Part shown: piece by piece, positions 13,797-23,904 of the stretch | Layout: every line of letters begins with the position of its first letter | Numbering within the stretch: position 1 is the stretch's first letter | From: Camelus dromedarius | Taxonomy: Eukaryota | Length of the DNA stretch: 64,000 nt | Assembly (NCBI RefSeq): GCF_036321535.1 | Contig: NC_087437.1 | Coordinates: forward strand, 104,286,001-104,350,000 | Direction: 5' to 3' | Program-made: the position numbers and the translations under genes | Notes under the pieces: generated by a model | Told to the model about the DNA's origin: nothing | Database searches by the model: none | Seen by the model: only the letters and a program-made list of their open reading frames with translations

Positions 13797-14565
13797 GCCT
13801 CATGGTTGGCTTTGAAGAGATCAAGACTTCAGTGGAGGAAGTAACTGCAGATGTGGTAGAAATAGCAAGAGAATTAGAGTGAGAAGTAAAGCCTGAAGGT
13901 GGGACTGAATTGCAGCAATCTCATGATAAAAGTTTAACAGATGAGGAGTTGCTTCTTATGGATGAGCAAAGAAAGTGGTTTCTTGAGATGGACTCTACTC
14001 CCGGTGAAGGTGTTGTGAAGATTGTTGAAATGACAACAGAGAATTTAGAATATTACATAAATTTAGTGATAAAGCAGCAGTGGTGCGCAAGAGGATGGAC
14101 TTTAATTTTGAAAGACGTTCTACTGCGGATAAAATGCTGTCAAACACATGGCATGCTACAGAGAAATTGTTTATGAAAGAAGGAGCCAATCAGTGCGGCA
14201 AACTTCACTGTTGTCTTATTTTAAGAAATTGCCACAACCGCCCCAACCTTCAACAACCACCACCCTGCTCAGTCAGCAGCCATCAAGACTGAGGAAAAAC
14301 CCTCCACTGGTAAAAAGATTATGACTTGCTAAAGGCTCGGATGATAGTCAGTACTTTTGAGCAATAAAGTATTTTTAAATTAAGGTATATGAGTTGCTTC
14401 ACTAGACATAATGCTATTTCACACTTAGTAGACTATAGCATAGTGTAAACGTAACCTTTGTATGTACTGGGGAACTAAAACACTTGTGTGACTCACTTTA
14501 TTGCAATACTTGTTTTATTGTGGGGGGTCTGGAACCAAACCCATAATATCTCCAAGGTATGCCTG
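13797..14565 (+). mobile_element. Tigger1 (TcMar) DNA transposon, 3' ~770 bp with transposase C-terminal remnant and right TIR
   Basis: ORF 13910-14176 '[48 protein letters not shown]' matches the Tigger1 transposase C-terminus. The element ends in the TIR 'atatctccaaggtatgcctg'. Confidence 0.95.
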
Positions 14566-14998
14566 TCCTTTCTTAGTGCTGATAACAAATTACCACAGGA
14601 CAGCTGGCCGAAAGCAGAAAGAATTTATTCTTTTACAATTGTAGAGGTTAAAAATCAGAAATCAAGGTGCTGATAGAACTAGCCTCCCTCTGAAAGCTCT
14701 AGTGAAGAATCCTAGCTTGCTTTCAGATTCTACCAGTAGTCACTGGCATCCCATACCTCGTAGCTGCATCACTGCGATTTCTGCCTCTTGCCACATGACC
14801 TTGTTCTCAATGTGTATCGCTGTGTCTCTTCCTCTCTTATAAGGACATCAGTTATTGACTTTAGGGCCCACTTTCATCTAGTATGACCTCGTCTTAACAT
14901 AACTAATTATACCTGCAAATGCCTTATTTCCAAATAAGGTCACATTTGAGGTTTTGAGTAGACATGAATTTTGAAGGGATACTATTAAACCCAAAACA
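14566..14998 (-). mobile_element. MLT1 (MLT1C-like) ERVL-MaLR solo LTR
   Basis: Diagnostic segments 'gctgataacaaattaccaca...gaatttattctttt..aaatcaaggtg', 'cttataaggacatcagttattga.tttagggccca' and 'ttccaaataaggtcacatt'. Confidence 0.88.
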
Positions 14999-17900
14999 CC
15001 TGTGTTAAGATGCTACATTTAACTCTTACCTGATAGTCTTAGTATCCCCTTAACACATTCTGTCTTATGCTCTGCTTCTGAGGAATCTGAAATCGAACCT
15101 ACAATATGATATCCCTATAATATTTATGTATTATATATAATATAATATATTCTATAACACATTTTAGCAAAGTATTTGGCACATAGTGAAATATGTATAT
15201 TTAATGATAAAAAAGTACACCTTATCAGGAAAATGCGGAATATGTGTACATAGGAAATTGATAAATATGTATAAGTTGGAGTTGTTAAGTATGAGAAGAA
15301 AGTATACTCCATATTAGAGAGCATTTTAGAAATTACTCTCCTATACTGTTTTGAGCATAATTTTGTAAAAAGTCATTTTTGGGGGAAAATTTGGCTTAAA
15401 CATTTAAAGCTATTTATTAAGTACCTACTGTCTCCTATTGGCTTAAATATTTTCCAAGACAGGAAGGAATCCAAGAATATCATGTTAAAACTAAGGACAA
15501 AATCTCAACAGATCTATCTGAATTCTTTATAATTATTTTGTTTGTTTGCAATTGTGTATAACTGTTTCCCATTATGCTCAATAAAATACCTTCTATTAAG
15601 CTCACAAACAATGACACTAAGTGAAGGTGTAGATTTAGACACCAAGTTTTTAAGCCAAGACAAAACAACCAACCATAAGACTCTCCACATCATAAAAACC
15701 TGGAATTAAGGAAACTGAATTCTTAATTGACGATCTGTAAAAACAGCTAGTGGAGTATGTAGGACAAACAAAAGAACTCTCCATTCTAGCCACTGTGGAT
15801 ATACAATGCGGCTATCAACAGACAGAGTAAAACTTTCTTACACTAATTACTGCCATAATCTTAGGTAGTGATTTTAAAATGTTGAGTTTAGCCCTTTTTC
15901 TAAAATTTTTCTGCTACATATATCCTATTCCTAAGTCAGCTCCTCCAATTCTTTGTTTTTAGTTCTACAACTCTTGTTTTTCCAACAGTTCATTTCTTTA
16001 AAGAATATCAATAGCACCTCTAAAGGAAAAAAAAAAAAGAAACTATTATCTGCTATTTTATGTTCAACTCCTCCACCTTCTCGGTGCCATGCCAATACAT
16101 TAATGGGCAAAGAGAAAGATAGTATTGCCCTCACAAGTTATTTTCAGCCTTTTCAAATTATGACTAAGATAAATTATTCACAGATCCACAAAGACTCATG
16201 CTAAACGACTGTGGAAATCTTAGATAACATAGCATCTTGTCATTGTGATACTCTGCCAAATAAATGCTTGAAGTTAAACCCTTGATCCTGACCAGAATAT
16301 TTAGAACAGGGATTACAGAGGAAGGAGCAGTGATTTCAAGTCAGTCTCACTGCTGTAATATTGCCTTTTTGCCCCCACTTTTTCTCTTTTCTCTTTGTTT
16401 CTACTTTACTTTAAAGAAGCAGTACATTAAAACTGTCTTCAAGATCCAAGTGGAAAATACTACATCTTTATGGTAAGAAAACAAACAAAAAACAAACAAA
16501 ATGCATTGATTTCTTATTGATGTCAGAGATTTTTTAAAAACATCCTTGGAATGCTTCAAAAACTTTTCATCTTCAAAAAGTTTGGGAGGTTTGCAACTCA
16601 AAGAAATCTCAAACAGACCTTCATTTTAATAATAGTTTAGTTTCACATTTTAAACATGTTCCATTATCACAGACGTCCTCAGGCTAAGAGCTGCTCCTTT
16701 GTGTCAAAATATCTCTTCTTAAGATCAGAAATGAAAAGCAGTAGACTGTTTTCCATTCTCCTTATCTTATCAGCACAATCCTATGCCATTTTTATTCTGG
16801 GAGACTGTAGAATCGTGGGGTCTGGGCACTTTCAAGTGTGTATATGATTACAATTTTTATTCCCATACATCTAGCTATATTCCTTTACAAGATCAAATAA
16901 ATCAGGACACTTGGATCTACCTAATCTCATTATAACATGGAAACCTTCTGAAAGCTCAGTTCCTCATCACCTAGTCACCGTCTGAGGCTGTTCCTGAGTC
17001 CTGGGATAGAAGAGAAGAGACAGAGGTTGTAGAGAAGTTTTGCAAATTATGTTTAATCAACACACTCCCTGACAGAAGCATGAAGTCATAGGCTATCGTT
17101 GCCTATTCAGCCAGGAGAGTTTTTTGAGACGTCAGGAAGGAATGGGAAGAGGCTGCTTTTTCCGCCAAACAAGAGAGTACATTGATCATTCCCTCTTGGT
17201 CTTTAGCAAAAGCAGGCAAGACAAATAGAAAGCAAAAGTAAAAAGAAAAAGAATCGTAAGAACTAATTTAAAACCTTTAATTCCAAATGACAGAAAAACA
17301 AGTAAATGCTATGCTATTAGCTACTATCATTTTGGCTAAATGGTAGGCATTTAGGTTTGAGAAAGTGGTCAGCTTAATTGAGGGCAGGAAAAACAAATGG
17401 GCCTTGGCAATTCTGTAAAATGTCTTCAGACTGAACAAGTGGCCAATTTTCAGAGGTGACTAATAGCACACTTTTCGCTGTGAATAAATTGTTATTGATG
17501 ACAACAGTAAGAAAAGCAAACATCAAAGAGAAGACTTGGCTTTGTTGTAAAATACTTTGATTTCAAATTGTGGTGGCGTGATTCCAATTCTGCTTTTATT
17601 TAAATCCATGTTCGAATAGCTTAATAGCAAGACAGATTATTGTTTTTAGAAACAAGACAATATAATGCAGCTGATCTATGAACTACTTTTATATTGACAT
17701 AAATAGATGGATATATGTGTTTGTGTACATTTACATACATATGGACATTGAGGGCAAGTGCTTATTGCCAAGTTGTTAAAGGATTATATAGAAAAATATG
17801 AATTACATGTATATATGTACTGCACAATATGAAAGATAATAGCTAACTTTTATTCATTTGTTACATTATCTTTCTTTTAGTAAGATATAGAATATTTTGG

Positions 17901-19694
17901 TTCCTTGGACATAAATGCACATGAATAAATTACTGATATGAAGAAATTGTCAAGGTCAAAGTTAAAAGCACTTCATGTAGAAATGTGGAGTCTTTAATTG
18001 AAAAAAATAAAACATTGTTACCTGATGATTTCAGGCATGTGAATCTTGGTGGCAGGAATAATATGAAAAATACTAACTTAACCTTTTAAAGACTAGTAAC
18101 AATTTTAGTAATATATTTTCTGTTGAAGGCAAGTAAATATGAAATTTTAAAATATTGCCATTGACAGGACAGTATTGTAATGACATCTGTGGTGGTGACA
18201 ACCAATACTTTATATCTACGAGAACATCATTTGCATAGACGGATAAAGGATGTTGGCGGGGTACAACTGTTGCCACACTGAAGAATAAATGCAGCCTAAT
18301 TAACAGAATTGAAGCAGCTACACTCATATTCTAGTGCATTTATCTTCTTTCACTTACTTTCCATATGCTGTTGTGGTCACTGAAGTGTCGTTTCTCACTG
18401 GCATGCTGTAGTGTTTCCTGTCCACCTGCTGCATCTTGACTGCTATGTCAGGATGCTGTGAGTGCAATTCTCTTTCTGCTCAAAAACATTCTAATTAAAG
18501 TCCACTGTCTAATGGAGATTCTGCTATAAAAAGCAATTGAAAATGGTCCAGCCCTCCTGCTCTGAAGAGTAGGTAGAAACAATTACAAAAACACATTTGT
18601 CAATTGCCTTTAAGCTATACATTATATTCTGACAATGTTATGTACATAAGACTTTTATTTATTTCACTAATTTTCTGACTTAATTCTTTGCTACTGTTTT
18701 TCAATATCCATGGAAAATAAGCTTTTGAGAAGAAGAAATGAATGGAAATGAAGATAAACATACTTTCCTGCCGTGGTTATGGCCAATGTTACATCTCTTT
18801 AAATATATCAATCAATTTTTTTTTAAGGACATCAGCTCAAGTTTCTTATTTCTTTTACCTACTTTTCCAAGGATGGAGCAACTATTTTGCTGTGTGGAAA
18901 TAATATGTTAAGGCATTACAACAAGATTATTTGTTCCGTGTTATGCAGGGGCACCGGAAATCTTACACTGTAACTCTTGATGTCTTTGACTAGAACAGGC
19001 CACTTATACTTCTGGGCTTTCATTTCTTATATGAATAGGAAGTAGAATGAATAACTGACTTTTAAAAGCTCATTAATTTTGACATTTCTGTGGTTCCATT
19101 TATGGTTTACTCCTTGGCCAGACGCACCTGCACATGCAGGTTCATATGGAACCAAACGTATTTCTTTATATCAATAATTAAAGATATGATGATACTCTAA
19201 CTCATAGAAATAGTTCTTTTGTATGCCAACGATTTTATATTAATGACTCTTCGAGACCTAATGAGTGTAAACATTAGTGCTAGCATTTTACGTATTTTGA
19301 GTGATTTAAGTGAGACAATAACAAGAAAGTCCTTATTACTCTACAGTATTTACTTCAAATCCTAAAATAGTGAGTAAAATTAAACCCTATATAATTATCC
19401 TTTCTGTCAGTAAAGGTTCTGGGATAATATATCTTATACCTGATAAAAATATAAATATTTGTCTGTAAGGTCACCTTTGAGTAAAGGTAGACCAAGTTCA
19501 CTTGCATTATCCTCTATATACTTTTAAAGCCAAATTTCTTTATTTCAACACCTCTCCAGCATTTATCCTCTATAGCAATCATCTCCTCTTGCCTCTCAGC
19601 CATCTCATTACTTCAGTACCTTCCAATTCTTGCCACTTGCCAATCAAACAAGAAAGACATAAAGGCATTTGAAGAATTTTGGACTGTTTCACTG

Positions 19695-19920
19695 AATCAG
19701 AAAGACATGGACTCTGGCACAACTAAGCTGGTTTGAACGTCCAATCTAAGCTGTGACCTTGATCAAGTTAAATATTAAACCTCTCATTTGCTTCTCTAGC
19801 AAACAGGTAATGGTGTCTGCTTCAAAATGCTGTTATAATAAAATGCTATATTATTTGACATAGATGCAATGAAAGATACCTAAAAATTCACTTGAATTTC
19901 ATAAAATAATTTAGTAAGGT
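19695..19920 (+). mobile_element. MIR SINE
   Basis: MIR core similarity: 'gacatggactctggc...gctgtgaccttgatcaagtta'. Confidence 0.62.
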
Positions 19921-19989
19921 AGACTTACTAGCAATAATGTAGTGTGCTACACTTTTGAATACATTTCAAGTACATGGATTGAGTGGAAT

Positions 19990-20660
19990 GAAGCACCAGT
20001 GGTCACCATTTTCAGTCCAAAGACTGTCCTAAGTATTTTTTGATTCTTCCCTTTTTCTTAATTCCTACTGCCTTTAACTTTTATTGGGTTTTCACTATCC
20101 CATACGGTGACTATTTCAACAGACCCCTAAAGGGTATCATTTCATTCTTCTCTGATCTCTCTTTGAATTTTACAATGTTCCATTAGATCATGATTCTAGT
20201 CACACCTTTCTCAGTTTTGCACTTTGTAACATAGTTGCTACTGACTGAAGGAGAGAGTGAGCATCTTTGCAGAGTCTGAAATGTCTCCAAAATCATCCTA
20301 ATCCCATTTTCTGTCACTGTCATGACTCATGTTTCCTACGATCTAGTTGTATTAAATTTCTCCTATTTTATTAAATGTAAGATTCTATACAGGTAGCTGG
20401 GCTTCCTCTTAACTGCTTTCTTATCTCTCTAACAAAATACAACCCACCCTTGTAGTCCTGAAGGACCGAGCTCCAGTATTACTTTCCCAGTTTCTCAGGG
20501 TGGATTTGGCACATTTTCCTTTATTGCTTCTATGGCATTTTTTATAACAAATTTAATACTTGTTGTGTCTGTTTTCCCAACAGAGGCTAAGTTCACTTCC
20601 ATTATCCTCTGTATACTTTAACTGTTAGCTTGGTAATTTCAGCACAATGAGAATGGATAG
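19990..20660 (+). mobile_element. L2 LINE 3' fragment, very decayed
   Basis: Pyrimidine-rich L2-like sequence ending in an L2-type 3' segment ('ttgttgtgtctgttttcccaacagaggctaag...gaatggata'). Confidence 0.5.
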
Positions 20661-21904
20661 GGAAGCCGAGGGGGAGGGAGAGAAGGGAGAGAGAGAGAGA
20701 GAATGAACTATGTGCTTGTTGAAAAGAGAAAGACATTATAGGCATCAGTGTAAAAATACTAATTAGAATAATGAAATTTCCCATTTCCCCCAAGTTTATT
20801 TATTAACACAGAGCTAGATACACATAAACTAAACTTCCTATGCTGCAGATTATAATATTTCCCTCTTTAATCTGATGCCCAATAATATATAATCCTAATT
20901 AATTTCACAGAATATTTACTTGAACTCAATATGTTCCAACTCATGTTTAAAATTTTGGCTCATGTTTATTAACTCACCCAGAAGAATATTTTAAATCATA
21001 ATCAGCTGGAATTATTCAATCATTTTTTCCCTCTCCACCTCTCCTCTCCTCCCCCATTCATTTCCTTTTATTCCATTCTGTCTGCTTTCCATTTGCATTG
21101 CAAAGGCCCATGACAAGAGAAAAATATGCACTTAAGGATGAAATATTTGAGTTGAAAGAAGCTTTATGGGGTAGGAAGACATTGAGGATAAGCTTGTCTG
21201 CTTCATTTTTTTATCTGCCCTGGTCTGATCAAAGCATATCAACTAGATACAGTCAAGTAATTGCAGGGTGCTAAGATTATAGTGCGATATATGCAAGCCT
21301 TCCTGTAGAAAAATGCAAATACATTTCTGTTGATCAGGAAATGAAAATGTGCATAAAAAGTTATGTCAATTTTATAGGAAATTTTTTTTTATCATTTTCA
21401 GCCTCACATGTCAAAATAGCATCATCATTATTAGTAAGAATCAAAGATGAGCTAGATGGAGGTAAGCCTGAGAATATATATATGAGTGATTTGATTTTAA
21501 TTACAGGTCGTGTAGAGGTCCATAATTATAAGCACAGTGCAAGTTACCATTTCCTTTTCTAATGCATTTGTGTTAAGTGACTTGAGAGTATATGGTACTG
21601 ATTCTCGAGGATGATTAAGTCTCTGTGTAAAGTTGACATTTAATTTGCTGGACTACCAAGTGTGACTGCAAAGTAAGAGGATGGCATTTGATGTCTGGAT
21701 TGTGGAATTAGGATAATATTTCAGTATTACAATTTATAAAATGACACCAAGATGTTTTATCTTTTAATCTATTCACTTTTTTTTCTCTTAGAATAAAAAC
21801 ACTTATTCAGGATTTAAAAAATGTATTGGTTTCCTGCAGCCATACAAAAATCTTAAATTTTTGACTAAAATTTCTGTGACTTTTACCAACCTTAATGTCT
21901 CTAC

Positions 21905-22252
21905 CTAAAAACTAAAAATAATAAACACAGAATCCTCAATTAAATACAATTGAGAGACTAAAGGGGGCAGCTCTTGTGCCCTTGATGATAGCAGAGTCCA
22001 ATCAGAAGAAGATGTGTTTAAATCGACCATTTTCTTTCCTGGCAAAGACTCAACCAACGAAAAGCCATAGACTCTGTGTTTACTACCTCTCGCCCAACTT
22101 TCCTTTCCCCTACTCAAAAAGCATTCTCCTTTCCTTGCTGTGCAAGGACCTGCACTATGGTTGCAGAACCCAAATTGCAATTCTCTGCTGATCCTGAATA
22201 AACCCATTTTTGCAGGAGAAATATCTGGCAGTTCACTTGTTCTGGGTCAACA
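21905..22252 (+). repeat. 5' LTR of the provirus
   Basis: Aligns with 27379-27720. CCAAT near 21998, AATAAA at 22197-22202, ends 'ggtcaaca'. The initial TG is not preserved. Confidence 0.93.
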
Positions 22253-22255
22253 TTT

Positions 22256-22273
22256 TAGTGGCCCCTGCGGGGA
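22256..22273 (+). promoter_or_regulatory. Primer binding site complementary to the tRNA-Ile(AAU) 3' end
   Basis: TAGTGGCCCCTGCGGGGA versus expected TGGTGGCCCGTACGGGGA is 15/18, and it starts 3 nt after the LTR end. Confidence 0.8.
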
Positions 22274-22802
22274 CCAGAGAAGACCCCCGAAGACTCTGGG
22301 ACTGGTAAGCACACAAGTTTGGTACCACAGATGGAGCCCGCTGTGCCCACTAGTCCACTGACCCTGCTTTTCTCCTGGATCTGAGCTCACATCCCCTTTG
22401 CATTTGAAGCTCTTCAGGTTTTATTCGGGATCTATTTTAATGTTTTATCTTCCTGGTGAAGGTCTTGTTCTGTATGTGAATACTGTTCATTTGGCACTTT
22501 GGTCTGATTTTGCAATCACACTATTTCAACCAAAGCTGGCTGAAAAGACCTTCAGCCCATTCCTTCAGGCACAGGGGTTGCTTCATTGAAATGTTCTGGT
22601 TTTTTAGCTTTCAGTCTATCCCAAAGAAACACACTCTGAAATTGCCTGAAAAAGCCTTGGCCTGGCTCTTCTGGGACTAAGCTATCTCCTTACAATTTGC
22701 TGATATTAGGTTGGCAAGTTATTTGAATTGAGCACTTTGAGCTATAAGCTGTTTGAGCTGTTTGAAAATTGTTCTTTTACTCTAGAGAAAAACTTCAGAG
22801 AT

Positions 22803-23725
22803 ATGGGGTCCCAATTATCAAAATATTTGGAGGGTGCCTGCCAATCCCCTGCCCCCAGCAGGGATTTTGGCTGATTTTGTATTTAAAAATCTTGGCCTTT
22901 CCTCATGTGTATTTTTAGCTAAATGGATTGACCAGACCAAAGGCAATTTAAATTCTCAAGAGCCATTATGGAGAACTTTTGATTTCCCCAAACTTAATTT
23001 TCTTAAGGCCAAATTGGGCTACAATAGCTCAAACATTTTGAAAACTGATTGGAATTTTTATTTTGTTTGGTATTTTGAGGGTTTCCAACATTATCAGGAA
23101 TCTAAAAATTGTCTTTATGTGAAAAAAAATTTTAAGATTAACTAAGGCCAAAAAAAAAAGGATTAAAGAAAGATAAAATTGTTCCTGAAGCTGAGGCTCC
23201 TCTTCCTTGGATTCTTGTCTCTGCCTCTGGTGCCTCTTGTCTCTCTCCCTCATCTCCTGTGGCCAGACTGTCTCCAGCACCATCTTCTTCCTTCCCTTCA
23301 ATGCCCCCATGCATCCTCTGTACCCTCAAATCCCTCATGTTTCTCTTGCTGAATTCCCCCTCTTCTTTGAAACTCTCCTCATCCCCTTTTCCTCTGAACT
23401 TTTCAAAATCTGTCCCTTTAAAAGTAAGCTTTCTGAGGATTCAGAAGCTAAACTCTTAAATTCTTAGACTCCCTGGACTAAAGCTGAACTGCAAGTCATA
23501 GTCAAAAATTTCCCCAGAGTAACTGTAGACACCCACAGATTTGCTGAGGAATTTAATATAGGCATTCAAACTTATCAACATAGTTACTCTGACTGATATC
23601 AGCTAGTTCATATGCTTGTCTGTGAAGGCCAGGGACAGTACTGGGTGAAAGCTGCTGACTGGGAAAATCCTGAAAGCTGTCTAGAATTACAACCAGAAGA
23701 CCAGCCCACTAACTTATTATATGAT
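22803..23725 (+). pseudogene. gag: ERV gag remnant (matrix, proline-rich region, N-terminal capsid), with stops and frameshifts
   Basis: ATG at 22803 gives MGSQLSK (myristoylation-type MGxxxS). Matrix-like 'PPAGILADFVFKNLGLSSCVFLAKW...LWRTFDFPKLNFLKAKL' follows. From ~23470 it reads capsid-like 'PWTKAELQVIVKNFPRVTVDTHRFAEEFNIGIQTY..*YQLVHMLV'. Confidence 0.88.
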
Positions 23726-23871
23726 GAGGCTTTTCTCCTTAGATCTGTTGCCCTTATCCATTTATTAGGTTGAGACTTCAAAGAGAAGTATCATGCCAGA
23801 ATACCTGTCTCCCAAAAGGGGGAAATAATCCTAGAATTTGACAGTAGTCATCAAGTAATTGACAAAGCAAA

Positions 23872-23904
<33 letters not shown>

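Noticed and set aside
13910..14292. ORFs resembling TIGD1-type domesticated transposase
   Set aside because: Frameshifted C-terminal fragment of a 5'-truncated Tigger1 copy with its TIR, lacking the DNA-binding and catalytic regions.
22834..23467. Gag-derived ORFs as a possible domesticated gag gene
   Set aside because: The start codon is out of frame with the matrix segment, and the region has several stops and frameshifts.
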